A stretch of DNA of 28,408 nucleotides from Atribacterota bacterium (GTDB taxonomy: Bacteria > Atribacterota > Phoenicimicrobiia > Phoenicimicrobiales > Phoenicimicrobiaceae). The DNA lies in assembly GCA_038203565.1 (NCBI GenBank), contig JBBRDV010000013.1:1-28408 (forward strand), given 5' to 3'. Made by a program: the position numbers and the translations under genes. Numbering within the stretch: position 1 is the stretch's first letter; each line of letters starts with the position of its first letter. The notes under the pieces are model-generated. The model was not told the origin of the DNA and made no database searches. It saw only the letters and a list, made by a program, of their open reading frames with translations. This document shows positions 1 to 9,825 of the stretch, in pieces.

Positions 1-4
1 TCAA

Positions 5-217
5 ATGAAACAAATTGGGCAATTAGATGTTACCGATAATAAAAGATTAGTTCTATCTATCGGTGAGTTTCGGGGGGTAGAGAGAGTTGATTTAAGGCAA
101 TATGTAAAACCGAAAGAGGGGGATGAGTACATTCCCACCCCTAAAGGTATAAACTTTAGTGCAGAATGGATAGATGATTTTGTAAAAATGGTAGAAAAAT
201 TGAAGGAAGTTGATTAA
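5..217 (+). CDS. PC4/YdbC-family (transcriptional coactivator p15-like) ssDNA-binding protein
   Basis: 70 aa with the PC4 pattern EFRG..RVDLRQY....E.IPT.KGI followed by an amphipathic C-terminal helix. The RBS would lie outside the window. Confidence 0.85.
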   Translation: MKQIGQLDVTDNKRLVLSIGEFRGVERVDLRQYVKPKEGDEYIPTPKGINFSAEWIDDFVKMVEKLKEVD

Positions 218-266
218 GAAAATTAAAATATAATTATTATTATATCTTTAAAGGAGAAAATTTTAT

Positions 267-782
267 ATGAAAAATGTTAATTATTTATCTGTTGCCGAAG
301 AAGTAATGCAACAGATAAAATCTAAAGGTGCATTCCTGGTAGCTAAATCTAAAGATGATAAAAAAATAAATGTTATGACTATTGGTTGGGCTGCGATTGG
401 GTATATGTGGAGAAAGCCGATAATGACAGTTATGGTTAGAAAGAGCCGCTTTACTCATTGCATTATCGGAAAGGCTTCCAGTTTTACGGTTAGTATCCCT
501 GGAGGAGATAATTTAGAAGAAGCTTTAAATATTTGTGGTACTAAATCCGGTCGAGATGTTGATAAATTTAAAGAAAGTATATTATCTGTTGTCCCTGCAC
601 AAAAAGTAGACACTCCCATTATCAACCTATCAGGATTTCATTACGAATGTAAAATTGTTTGTAAAAGTGAAATGAATCCCGATTTTTTGTGTAAAGAATA
701 TAAGGAAGATGTTTATGCAGATAACGATTATCATACTTTTTATTTTGGCGAGATAGTGGCCTGTTATAAAATAATTAGCTAA
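267..782 (+). CDS. Flavin reductase-like (flavoredoxin family) FMN-binding protein
   Basis: Motifs NVMTIGW, VRKSRFT, CGTKSGRDVDK, ECKIV and DYHTFYFGEI. AAGGAG RBS upstream. Confidence 0.85.
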   Translation: MKNVNYLSVAEEVMQQIKSKGAFLVAKSKDDKKINVMTIGWAAIGYMWRKPIMTVMVRKSRFTHCIIGKASSFTVSIPGGDNLEEALNICGTKSGRDVDKFKESILSVVPAQKVDTPIINLSGFHYECKIVCKSEMNPDFLCKEYKEDVYADNDYHTFYFGEIVACYKIIS

Positions 783-859
783 ATAAATTTTGTCATAAAG
801 GGCAAAAAATTAATTAGTAAAAAAGAATTAAATTAATTTCAAATAATTTTTACAAAAAA

Positions 860-887
860 GAAGGATTATCCAAGGCAAATGTAGAAA
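860..887 (+). promoter_or_regulatory. Putative sigmaH-like promoter (GAAGGATTAT...GTAGAAA)
   Basis: AGGA at 862 and GAA at 884. The same A-tract + AGGA + GAA arrangement recurs at 11150, 22567, 23995 and, on the minus strand, 22442. It resembles the Bacillus sigmaH consensus. Confidence 0.45.
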
Positions 888-909
888 ATAGAGGTAGAGA
901 ATGGATTAA

Positions 910-994
910 TGGGGTCAGGTCTCAACATTTGACATAAGTTGGCTAGTTGCCTTATTTAAGATTAACTTATGTCAAATGTTGAGACCTGACCCCA
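910..994. repeat. Perfect 31-bp inverted repeat with 23-nt spacer (REP doublet/REPIN- or MITE-like)
   Basis: 910-940 TGGGGTCAGGTCTCAACATTTGACATAAGTT is the exact reverse complement of 964-994 AACTTATGTCAAATGTTGAGACCTGACCCCA. Confidence 0.9.
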
Positions 995-1077
995 AGATAC
1001 ACTCAAGATCTAAGTTTAGTGAGGACTTGATTAGTTAGAAGATTAATTAAAAATATTTAAGGAGGATTTATACAAAT

Positions 1078-2754
1078 ATGTCGAGATTTAAAATAACCAA
1101 AGGACTATTAATTTCCCTATTAACGTTCTTGTTAATTCTAAGTTCAGTATGTTTTATATTTGCTGCACAAAAAGAGATTGTTGTATTATCGATTAACGAC
1201 TTTCACGGAAGCCTTGCTCCTGCCGGGAAAAATGTCGGAGCAGCGAAACTTGCCGATGCTTTAAAGGTTGAGAAAGCAAAGAATCCCGAAGGCACAATTA
1301 TAATAACAGTAGGAGATAGCTATCAAGGGAGTGCCATGTCCAACCTTTTGTACGGTGAGCCAGTTTCTGCTGTTTTTAAAGAAATAGGTATAGAACTATC
1401 GGCAGTCGGCAACCATGAATTTGACTGGGGAATTGATAGGATTACTCAATGGGCAGAAGATGGTGGATTAACTTTTGTTAGTGCTAATATATATGATAAA
1501 CGGACTAACCAACCAGTAGAATGGGCAAAACCTTACGTAATTCTCGATAAAACTGGGGTTAAAGTAGGATTTATAGGTTTGGCTACTCCGGAAACTGCCT
1601 ACAAAGCACTTAAAGCAAATGTAGAAAATTATGATTTCAAAGACCCTGTGGCAACTCTAGCTGACTGGGTGCCAAAAGTAAAAGCGGCAGGAGCAGATTT
1701 AATTATCGCTTTAACTCATTTAGGTGCTTTTCAGGATAAAGAAGGGAAAATTACCGGTGAAGCTGCAGATCTATTTCAGGTAGAAGGAGTGGATGCAGTC
1801 ATATCCGCTCATACCCATCAAAGTGTCAGCGGCCTGGTTGATGGTAAACCCCTGGTACAAGCTTACTATAACGGCCGGACAATTGCGAAAATAATTTTCG
1901 TTTTTGATGAGAATAATAAGTTACTTAGTGCAGAGCCATCATTAGATCATCTCTATAACCGACCTGATACTCTTAAAGATGATGCTAACACTCTGGCAAT
2001 CTATAAGAAGTACGAAGAAGAATTAGGACCAGTTTTAGGAAAAGTATTAGGGAAAACTACAGTAGAATTAGACCATGACAGATATGCCGGACCATCTTTA
2101 TTAGGTGAATGGACCTGTGAGGTAATGAGAGAAAAAGTTGGAGTTCAGATTGCTATGACTAATGGCGGTGGACTTAGAGTTCCTGTTCCAGCAGGAGACA
2201 TTACAGCAGGGATACTATATGAAGTTATGCCTTTTGATAATACCCTGTACACTATGAAGTTATCCGGTGCAGATGTAAAAGCTAATATTGAACACGGTAT
2301 CATGAATGAGGATATTGGCTGGGTTCAGATATCCGGTGTAATGGTAACTTATAATAAAGAGGCAGAAGCAGGTAACAGGATTACCAGTATGGTTTTAGAA
2401 GATGGTACTCCTGTTGAGATGGATAAATATTACACTGTGGTAACCAATGACTTTATGTTTACTGGTGGGGATAATTACAACTTTAAGAATTCTAAAGATG
2501 GATTGGATACTTATATCCCGATAAGAGATGCCATGATGGAGGCAGTTGAAAAAGCAGGAGTTATTTCACCAGTAAAACGAAATTGGATATCTGAAGCAAA
2601 AAGCGGTAAAATCTATGTGGTTGAAGTGGGAGATTCTGTATGGGAAATTGCCCAAAAATTCGGTACAACGGTAGAAAAGATTGTTGCCCTTAATGAATTA
2701 ACTAACTCGAGACTTATCAGGCCAGGTCAGAAGTTAATCATACCTACCGAATAA
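1078..2754 (+). CDS. Secreted bifunctional 5'-nucleotidase/UDP-sugar hydrolase (UshA/CpdB family) with C-terminal LysM domain
   Basis: N-terminal signal peptide. Calcineurin-like motifs NDFHG, VGD, GNHEFD and SAHTH. 5'-nucleotidase C-domain NGGGLR/PFDN/GGDNY. LysM YVVEVGDSVWEIAQKFGTTV...IRPGQKLIIP. AAGGAGG RBS. Confidence 0.9.
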   Translation: MSRFKITKGLLISLLTFLLILSSVCFIFAAQKEIVVLSINDFHGSLAPAGKNVGAAKLADALKVEKAKNPEGTIIITVGDSYQGSAMSNLLYGEPVSAVFKEIGIELSAVGNHEFDWGIDRITQWAEDGGLTFVSANIYDKRTNQPVEWAKPYVILDKTGVKVGFIGLATPETAYKALKANVENYDFKDPVATLADWVPKVKAAGADLIIALTHLGAFQDKEGKITGEAADLFQVEGVDAVISAHTHQSVSGLVDGKPLVQAYYNGRTIAKIIFVFDENNKLLSAEPSLDHLYNRPDTLKDDANTLAIYKKYEEELGPVLGKVLGKTTVELDHDRYAGPSLLGEWTCEVMREKVGVQIAMTNGGGLRVPVPAGDITAGILYEVMPFDNTLYTMKLSGADVKANIEHGIMNEDIGWVQISGVMVTYNKEAEAGNRITSMVLEDGTPVEMDKYYTVVTNDFMFTGGDNYNFKNSKDGLDTYIPIRDAMMEAVEKAGVISPVKRNWISEAKSGKIYVVEVGDSVWEIAQKFGTTVEKIVALNELTNSRLIRPGQKLIIPTE

Positions 2755-2950
2755 CAAATGGTAGATAAAAAACGATATTCCATGTAAATTATCACTATAC
2801 TAAGTGTAACTAAATATATAAAATAAAAATAAAAATCAATTGGGGGTGAATAAAAAATAATAAAATTATAAGAGTTTGAGAATGCAGAATGATTAGTCGA
2901 AAAGGTTCATATTTAAAAAGGTTTATATTTTAATATGAAGGAGAAAAGAA

Positions 2951-4072
2951 ATGAGAAAAAGTTTATTTGTTTTGACATTAGCTTTACTAATAATTGCGAT
3001 TAGTAGCGCAGCTCTTGCTGCTGATGTGGTTAAATTTGGAATTTCTGAACCTATGACCGGTGCAATGGCAGTGGGTGGTGTACTTTGTATGCAGGGATAT
3101 GAACTTGCCCATGAGCAAAATCCTACGGTATTAGGAAAAACAGTTGAATTAATACTTGTTGATAATAAAAGTGATAAGGTTGAATCAGCCAGTGCGGTTT
3201 CCAGACTCATTGAAAAGGAAGGTGTAGTAGCAGTTTTTGTTGGTTATGGCAGCAGTTGTGCCATTCCAGGCGGTGAAGTTGCCAATAAAGCAGGAATCCC
3301 AATGCTTTCTGCCAGTGCAACGAATCCATTGGTCACCCAGGGAAAAGAGTATGTTTTCCGTGCTTGTTTCATTGACCCTTTCCAGGGTGAAGTAATGGCT
3401 CGTTATACTTTTGAAAACTTAGGAATCAAAAAAGCAGCACTTTTAGTTGATATTGCTCAGGATTATTCAGTAGGCCTGGCTAATTTCTACAAAAATACCT
3501 TTAAAGAGCTTGGTGGAGAGATCGTTAGTGACATGAAATATAATACTGGTGATCAGGATTTTAGTGCTCAATTAAGTCAGATTATAGCTTCCGGAGCGGA
3601 GGCACTCTTTTTCCCAGGTTATTTCGGAGATGTTGCCTTAATAGCAATTCAAGGTAGAGAATTAGGATATACAGGTAAATATTTAGGTGGCGATACTTTA
3701 CATAATCCGGTTTTAATAGAATTAGCAGGAGAAGCTGCTGAAGGTTTAGTTGCAAGTACCTTCTTTGCTGAAGATGCACCGCCTATTCCGGAGTCGGAAA
3801 AATTTGTTAAACTTTTCAGAGAAAAATATAACGAGACACCTAATGCTGTATCTATTCTTACATATGATTCTTACAATTTAATGCTTGATGCTATTGAAAG
3901 AGCCGGCTCATTTGATCCGGTGGCTATCAAGGATGCTTTAGCTGCCACAAAAGACTTCCCTGGTGCAGGTGGTTCCATTACTATTAATGAAAATCATGAT
4001 GCCATAAAACCTGCCATTTTAGTTAAAGTTGTAAACGGAGACTTTGCCTACGAAACTACCGTTAATCCCTAA
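2951..4072 (+). CDS. livK: Branched-chain amino acid ABC transporter substrate-binding protein
   Basis: Signal peptide. Leu/Ile/Val-binding family motifs (PMTG, SATNPLVT, VFRACFIDPFQG, DQDFSAQL). First gene of the liv cluster. Confidence 0.9.
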   Translation: MRKSLFVLTLALLIIAISSAALAADVVKFGISEPMTGAMAVGGVLCMQGYELAHEQNPTVLGKTVELILVDNKSDKVESASAVSRLIEKEGVVAVFVGYGSSCAIPGGEVANKAGIPMLSASATNPLVTQGKEYVFRACFIDPFQGEVMARYTFENLGIKKAALLVDIAQDYSVGLANFYKNTFKELGGEIVSDMKYNTGDQDFSAQLSQIIASGAEALFFPGYFGDVALIAIQGRELGYTGKYLGGDTLHNPVLIELAGEAAEGLVASTFFAEDAPPIPESEKFVKLFREKYNETPNAVSILTYDSYNLMLDAIERAGSFDPVAIKDALAATKDFPGAGGSITINENHDAIKPAILVKVVNGDFAYETTVNP

Positions 4073-4096
4073 AGACAATAAATAATTTATGGAAAC

Positions 4097-4131
4097 TATA
4101 GAGAGATAGGATTCAATCCTATCTCTCTATA
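4097..4131. terminator. Long stem-loop after livK (terminator/attenuator or mRNA-stabilising hairpin)
   Basis: TATAGAGAGATAGGATT-C-AATCCTATCTCTCTATA has perfect 17-bp arms. It is followed by an A run rather than a U run, so it is not a canonical + strand intrinsic terminator. Confidence 0.6.
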
Positions 4132-4303
4132 CAAAAAAAAGGACCTTTTCGACTAAGTTTCACTTAATAAAGAAAAGAGAAAATAGAATATCTTGATATG
4201 TATTTGGTATTTTTCTATTTAATAAATAATAAAAAAAATCGGAAAATTTAATAGCCATAGATATTGTTTAATGACAATTCTAAATAATTAAAAGGAGAAT
4301 TCT

Positions 4304-5197
4304 ATGTCATTACATTTAGTCTTGCAGAATTTAGCAAATGGTTTATCTCTGGGAAGTTTATATGCTTTAATCGCCATAGGATATACCATGGTTTATGGTA
4401 TTTTAAGATTAATCAATTTTGCTCATGGGGAAATTTTTATGTTAGCGCCTTATTTTCTTTTTTATGGATTATTAATTTTTCATTTACCCTGGTGGGCATC
4501 AATTATTGCTGCCATAGCCTTAACTGCCGTGACTGGAATGTTGTCTGAAAGGATTGCCTATAGACCTTTACGGGATGCCCCTAGAATCTCTGTTTTGATT
4601 TCAGCAATCGGAGTATCATTTTTTCTACAAAATTTAGCTATTGTTATTTTTACAGGAATTCCCAAATCTTTTCATCGTCCTACATTTTTTACAAGGTTAT
4701 TCCAGTTTGGCGAGATTCGTATACAGTCGACTCTTTTTGCTTCAGTAATAGTATCCTCTATATTTTTGACCCTACTAATATATATTGTTTACAGAACAAA
4801 GACTGGTTTGGCTATGAGGTCAATATCTGTAGATATTGAGACCTCCAGATTAATGGCGGTTAATGTTGATAAAACCATATCTATAACCTTCGCAATTGGT
4901 TCTGCTCTGGCAGCTGTGGGTGGTATTTTGTGGGCCTTAAGATTTCCGCAATTATTTCCATTGATGGGTATGATGCCCGGTTTAAAGGCTTTTATTGCAG
5001 CTGTGGTAGGGGGGATTGGAAATATACCGGGAGCGATGCTCGGCGGTTTACTTTTGGGCATGTCTGAAATATTGTTTGTTGCTTTTTTACCTGCATTATC
5101 AGGATATAGAGATGCATTTATCTTTGCAATCTTGATTTTAATCCTGTTGCTTAAACCGGATGGCATTTTAGGTAAAAATGTACAAGAGAAGGTGTAA
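4304..5197 (+). CDS. livH: Branched-chain amino acid ABC transporter permease
   Basis: GSLYALIAIGYTMVYGILRLINFAHGE and KAFIAAVVGGIGNIPGA signatures, hydrophobic protein, AAGGAG RBS. Confidence 0.93.
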   Translation: MSLHLVLQNLANGLSLGSLYALIAIGYTMVYGILRLINFAHGEIFMLAPYFLFYGLLIFHLPWWASIIAAIALTAVTGMLSERIAYRPLRDAPRISVLISAIGVSFFLQNLAIVIFTGIPKSFHRPTFFTRLFQFGEIRIQSTLFASVIVSSIFLTLLIYIVYRTKTGLAMRSISVDIETSRLMAVNVDKTISITFAIGSALAAVGGILWALRFPQLFPLMGMMPGLKAFIAAVVGGIGNIPGAMLGGLLLGMSEILFVAFLPALSGYRDAFIFAILILILLLKPDGILGKNVQEKV

Positions 5198-5201
5198 CAC
5201 A

Positions 5202-6269
5202 ATGAAAAAACAAAATGAAAAAATATTTACTATATTAGCTTTAATTGTGCTGGGAGTATTGGTATATCTTGCTGAGAATAATTTAGATGCCTACAAGTTA
5301 AGGATTCTTAATCTTGGTGCTATATATGCTACTCTGGGTGTAAGTTTAAATTTGATTTATGGGTTTACCGGACAGTTTTCCTTGGGTCATGCTGGTTTTA
5401 TGGCCATTGGTGCCTATGTCACTGCTTTATTGGTGCTTCCCCCCTATTATAAGGAAATGATTTTTATACTCGAACCTTTAGTTTGGCCCTTTACGGTTAT
5501 GCATACACCTTTTATCGTTGCCCTATTCTTGAGCGGATTATTTGCCGCGATTGCAGCACTTTTAATCGGGTTGCCGGTGTTAAGACTTAAAGGGGATTAC
5601 TTAGGTATAGCTACTTTAGGATTTGCTGAAATCATCAGAATCATTGCCAATAATATTCCGCAGGTTACTAATGGAGCATTAGGAATCAAAGGGATTCCGG
5701 AATTTACTAATCTCTGGTGGACCATAGGAGTGGCGGTCTTTACAATTTATATTATTAAAGGATTAATTAGCAGTAGTTACGGTCGAGCTTTGATGGCTAT
5801 CCGGGAAAATGAGATAGCGGCCGAGGTTATCGGAGTTAATCTTACCTATCATAAAGTAATGTCATTTACCATTAGCGCTTTTTTTGCCGGGGTTGCCGGG
5901 GGTTTATTTGCCTGTCTGCTTACCACCATAGACCCAAAGGCATTTATGTTCGTAATGACTTTTAATATATTAATTGTGGTAGTGCTTGGCGGTTTGGGTA
6001 GTATTACCGGAACAGTTCTCGCCGCCTTTTTATTTAATTATTCTTTGGAATATTTACGTCCTATAGAAGCAGGCTTTAATATTGGACCCATTATAATTCC
6101 CGCAATACCTGGCTTAAGGATGGTTACTTTCTCAGCTCTTCTTCTAATTGTTATTTTATATAAACAAAAAGGGCTTTTGGGAGGTGTTGAGTTTTCCTGG
6201 AAGGGATTATTCCGATTTATTCACAAAATTTTCTCAAATGAAAAATCATCTGAAGGGAGTTCTAAGTAA
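5202..6269 (+). CDS. livM: Branched-chain amino acid ABC transporter permease
   Basis: LNLIYGFTGQFSLGHAGF, LRLKGDYLGIATLGFAEI and VVLGGLGS motifs. Start moved to ATG 5202, just after the livH stop and downstream of GAAGGTG. Confidence 0.92.
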   Translation: MKKQNEKIFTILALIVLGVLVYLAENNLDAYKLRILNLGAIYATLGVSLNLIYGFTGQFSLGHAGFMAIGAYVTALLVLPPYYKEMIFILEPLVWPFTVMHTPFIVALFLSGLFAAIAALLIGLPVLRLKGDYLGIATLGFAEIIRIIANNIPQVTNGALGIKGIPEFTNLWWTIGVAVFTIYIIKGLISSSYGRALMAIRENEIAAEVIGVNLTYHKVMSFTISAFFAGVAGGLFACLLTTIDPKAFMFVMTFNILIVVVLGGLGSITGTVLAAFLFNYSLEYLRPIEAGFNIGPIIIPAIPGLRMVTFSALLLIVILYKQKGLLGGVEFSWKGLFRFIHKIFSNEKSSEGSSK

Positions 6270-7054
6270 TGGAATTAGTGATGGAATTATTGAATGTAGA
6301 CAATATAACTATGAAATTTGGCGGTTTAACAGCTGTAAGTAATTTCAAGCTTAAAGTTGTCCCAGGTGAGCTCATTGGATTAATTGGCCCAAACGGTGCT
6401 GGAAAAACTACTGTCTTTAATATAATTACCGGGATATATACTCCTACTATAAATCAGATTTACTTTCAATCTCAAAATATTACCGGAATAAAACCTGATA
6501 AAATTGCTAAAGCAGGCATCGCCCGTACTTTCCAAAATATCAGGCTTCTGGAGAATCTGACAGTAATCGATAATGTAATGGTAGGTTTTCATCTTCATCT
6601 TCAATCAAATCTTGTTTCTGCCATTCTTAGGTTACCTGGTTATGCTCGCGAGGAAGAAAGCATTTACCATAAATCAATGGAATTATTAGAGAAAGTAGAA
6701 TTAGAAAAATATAAACTGGAAAAAGCAGGCAGTCTTCCTTATGGGCAGCAGAGGAAATTAGAGATTGTTCGGGCTTTAGCTACCGGACCTAAGCTTTTGC
6801 TTTTGGATGAGCCGGCAGCTGGAATGAATCCTCAGGAAACCAAGGAGTTAATGAGTTTTATTCAGAAGATTCAAAATGACTTTGATTTAACTATTTTTTT
6901 GATAGAGCATGATATGAAAGTAGTAATGGGAATATGTAGAAGAATTTTAGTCATGGATTATGGAGTGACTATTGCCGAGGGTAACCCGCTAGAAATTCAA
7001 AATAATCCTGAAGTAATTAAGGCTTATTTGGGGGTGGATGCAAACGATGCTTAA
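6269..7054 (+). CDS. livG: Branched-chain amino acid ABC transporter ATP-binding protein
   Basis: Walker A GPNGAGKT, GIARTFQNIRL, LPYGQQRKLEI, LLLLDEPAAG, EHDM and VIKAYLG. TAATG overlap with livM; alternative start at 6281. Confidence 0.93.
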   Translation: MELVMELLNVDNITMKFGGLTAVSNFKLKVVPGELIGLIGPNGAGKTTVFNIITGIYTPTINQIYFQSQNITGIKPDKIAKAGIARTFQNIRLLENLTVIDNVMVGFHLHLQSNLVSAILRLPGYAREEESIYHKSMELLEKVELEKYKLEKAGSLPYGQQRKLEIVRALATGPKLLLLDEPAAGMNPQETKELMSFIQKIQNDFDLTIFLIEHDMKVVMGICRRILVMDYGVTIAEGNPLEIQNNPEVIKAYLGVDANDA

Positions 7055-7751
7055 GATTGATAATTTAAATGTTTTTTTTGGTGGTATACATGCCTTGAAA
7101 GGAATTACATTTGATGTCCCCATAGGAAAAGTAATTACTTTAATCGGAGCAAACGGAGCAGGTAAAAGTACTACTTTAAGAACTATTTGTGGTTTAATCA
7201 AACCACAGGAAGGCAAAATAAAGTTCGATAATAAAGAAATAACCAATATTCCTACTGACAAGATTGTCAAAAAGGGCATTGCATTGATACCGGAAGGAAG
7301 GAAAATATTTCCCAATTTAACTGTCCAGGAAAATTTAAGCTTAGGTGCTTTTGCCCGGACTGATAAAAAAGAAACTGCGCAAGATCTTGAATGGATTTAC
7401 GAGTTGTTTCCTCAGATTAAAGAAAGATTATGGCAAAAGGGTGGAACTTTATCCGGCGGAGAACAACAGATGTTAGCCGTAGCCAGGGGGTTAATGTCGC
7501 GGCCAAAGCTCTTAATGCTGGATGAGCCTTCTTTAGGGTTAGCGCCTTTATTGGTGAAAGAAATTTTTGATATTATTAAGCGGATTCACCGGGAGGGAAT
7601 GACCGTGCTTTTAGTTGAGCAGAATGCTTTCGCTGCATTAAAAATAGCTGATTATGCTTATGTGCTGGAGACCGGGAAGGTTGTTTTACAAGGAACCGGA
7701 GAAGAGCTTTTACAAGACGAGAGAGTAAAAAAAGCTTATTTGGGAGAATAA
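7047..7751 (+). CDS. livF: Branched-chain amino acid ABC transporter ATP-binding protein
   Basis: GANGAGKST, PEGRKIF, LSGGEQQM, DEPSLGLAP and VEQNA. ATG 7047 lies downstream of GGGGTGG and overlaps the livG end. Confidence 0.93.
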   Translation: MLKIDNLNVFFGGIHALKGITFDVPIGKVITLIGANGAGKSTTLRTICGLIKPQEGKIKFDNKEITNIPTDKIVKKGIALIPEGRKIFPNLTVQENLSLGAFARTDKKETAQDLEWIYELFPQIKERLWQKGGTLSGGEQQMLAVARGLMSRPKLLMLDEPSLGLAPLLVKEIFDIIKRIHREGMTVLLVEQNAFAALKIADYAYVLETGKVVLQGTGEELLQDERVKKAYLGE

Positions 7752-7754
7752 ATA

Positions 7755-8876
7755 TTATTTTATAGTAATTAGCCAGGAAGTTTTTCGTTGATGTTGGCTG
7801 TTTTTGTCAAGAGCGGTAATACTTACAATATAAGACTTTTTAATTATAGGCTTTAAAGAATCAGGGGTAAAAGAAATTTCTCGGTTTTCTGGATCAAAAT
7901 CGAATTTTACTTTTGCCCCTCCTAATTTCATAGAGAGAGTTTTTGCATCATAATTATCACCCTCTAAAATTGTCCCTATTTTAACAAATTGATTACTTTC
8001 TATTATGCCATCATAAGGGAAGATTTGGGAAGTAATAAAAGGACGTTGATTTAATATCTGTATATAAGAATTAAATGGATTCTGGCCAAAAATTATTTGT
8101 CGATTTAAGGAAAAGAAATCAGCATTAAGAGTATTATTCATACTATTAGCATTTAGAATTCCTTCATAACCCGCTTGGATAACTAAATTTTTTATTATAG
8201 GGCTGTAAATGCCATAAGGATAGGCGAAAAATTTTACGTTATTTCCTATTTTGCTTTCTAAAATTTCTTTGGATAAAAAGATTTCTTTTTTCATTCGAGA
8301 GATATAACTGTCATAACTTTCGTTTTCCTTGTACCGAAGAAGATTACAATGGCTTAAGGTGTGGGAGCCAATTTCAATATTATTTTTGTTCATCTCTCTA
8401 ATCTCTCCCCAGGTAAGACTATAGCTATTTCTTTCGATGAAGTCGGTGTATAAAAAGAGAGTTGCCGGAAAATTATATTTTTTTAATACAGGATAAGCTA
8501 AAGTGAAAGTAGATTTAAAACCATCATCTATGGTGATAACTACTGGCTTTGGCGGAAGTTGACCAGCTCTTAGCCCCGTAAGCAATTCGGAAAGGGAGAT
8601 TACCGAATAATTATAAGTGGCTAAATAATCCATCTGTTTTTCAAAATTGGTAATATTAATTTTATAGCTATCACCCTCTTCTGTGGTGAAATTATGATAA
8701 GTCAGAATGGGAATAATAATCTCTTCAGCATAGACTTCAGTGTTTGTTATTAAAAAAATACTCTGATAAAAAATTACAGATGTTACAATGAGTACTACTA
8801 TAAACAGTTCGAAAATAAATGGTAATCTATTTTTTTTAATGGGAAGGGAATGTAAATTTTCTTGAATTAAAAACAT
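7755..8876 (-). CDS. Polysaccharide deacetylase (CE4/NodB family), membrane-anchored, with extra C-terminal domain
   Basis: PILTYH, ITIDDG, ATLF, IGSHTLSH and FAYPYG motifs. N-terminal hydrophobic segment. AAGGAG RBS on the minus strand. Confidence 0.88.
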   Translation of the reverse strand: MFLIQENLHSLPIKKNRLPFIFELFIVVLIVTSVIFYQSIFLITNTEVYAEEIIIPILTYHNFTTEEGDSYKINITNFEKQMDYLATYNYSVISLSELLTGLRAGQLPPKPVVITIDDGFKSTFTLAYPVLKKYNFPATLFLYTDFIERNSYSLTWGEIREMNKNNIEIGSHTLSHCNLLRYKENESYDSYISRMKKEIFLSKEILESKIGNNVKFFAYPYGIYSPIIKNLVIQAGYEGILNANSMNNTLNADFFSLNRQIIFGQNPFNSYIQILNQRPFITSQIFPYDGIIESNQFVKIGTILEGDNYDAKTLSMKLGGAKVKFDFDPENREISFTPDSLKPIIKKSYIVSITALDKNSQHQRKTSWLITIK

Positions 8877-8975
8877 ATTCTCTCCTTAGATTGTAAATAT
8901 TCACCGTGTAGTATATTATAATACTATGTTTTAAATATTTGTTAATATATAGATAGCAAAAAAACAGGGTGGAGG

Positions 8976-9743
8976 TTATTTAATAAGCTCCTTTAAAATA
9001 GGAGATATTTCTTTTAAGTCTTTGACTATAAAATCTGCTTTATCATTATCAGTATTATTTCCGGAGAATTTATTTATCCAGATGGTAGTCATTCCCATGT
9101 TTTTCCCGCCCACAATGTCCTTTTTGTAAGAATCACCGATAATAATGGATTCTTCCCCCTGGCATCTTGCCTTATTAAGAGCCACTTGAAAAATTTTTGA
9201 TTCAGGTTTATAGGATTGAACTTCTTCAGAAGTAGTGATAGAGTCAAATATTTCACTAATTCCAAAGACTTCAAATTGAAATTCTTGAAAGTCATTATCG
9301 ATATCACTTATAATTCCCATATGAAGATCCGTGTTCTTTAATTCCCGAAGAATTAATAAAGTTTCAGGAAATAATTTTATATACTTTTTATGATTTTCTA
9401 AGAATGATTTTCTAAACCATTGAAAATCCTCTTTCGAAGGTTGGATATTATATTCTGCAAGTACCCCCTTAAAAGCTTTTTTGGTAGATTCACGAAGAGG
9501 TGTAAAGGATTTTTCTTCCGGGTCGGTATCCCGTAAAGTCATTTCTTTGGTAAATAGAAAAGAATTATATTTGGTTGCCATATCTTCCGGAAAGGCAGGA
9601 AGATTGTATTTTTGAATAACCTCTTTCATCATATGTGAGTGAGCAACATGGTCACTTTCAGCACACATCAATGTTCCTCCAAAATCAAAAAATAGGGCTT
9701 TATATTTTTTTGTTTCATTATTATTTAATTTTTCCATCTTCAT
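8976..9743 (-). CDS. HAD-superfamily hydrolase (subfamily IA)
   Basis: FFDFGGTL (motif I variant), IISD, YKP and IGDSYKKDIVGG...GM motifs. AGGAGG RBS. Confidence 0.88.
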   Translation of the reverse strand: MKMEKLNNNETKKYKALFFDFGGTLMCAESDHVAHSHMMKEVIQKYNLPAFPEDMATKYNSFLFTKEMTLRDTDPEEKSFTPLRESTKKAFKGVLAEYNIQPSKEDFQWFRKSFLENHKKYIKLFPETLLILRELKNTDLHMGIISDIDNDFQEFQFEVFGISEIFDSITTSEEVQSYKPESKIFQVALNKARCQGEESIIIGDSYKKDIVGGKNMGMTTIWINKFSGNNTDNDKADFIVKDLKEISPILKELIK

Positions 9744-9825
9744 CCTCCTTTTATCTGATATATTTTATCACCATTTTAGTCTATAAACTAATTTTAAAAC
9801 AGTTTTTTGTTGAGAATAATATTTT

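Noticed and set aside
910..994. The long inverted repeat as an intrinsic terminator of the flavin reductase gene
   Set aside because: It is about 130 nt from the stop, has 31-bp arms with a 23-nt loop and has no following U-tract.
2899..2930. Short direct repeat AAAAGGTT(C/T)ATATTT x2 upstream of livK
   Set aside because: It could be a regulator site, but it is low complexity and seen only once, so support is insufficient.
7749..7757. livF and the deacetylase converge with a 3-nt gap and no terminator
   Set aside because: This is common in compact genomes, and there is no further evidence of antisense regulation.
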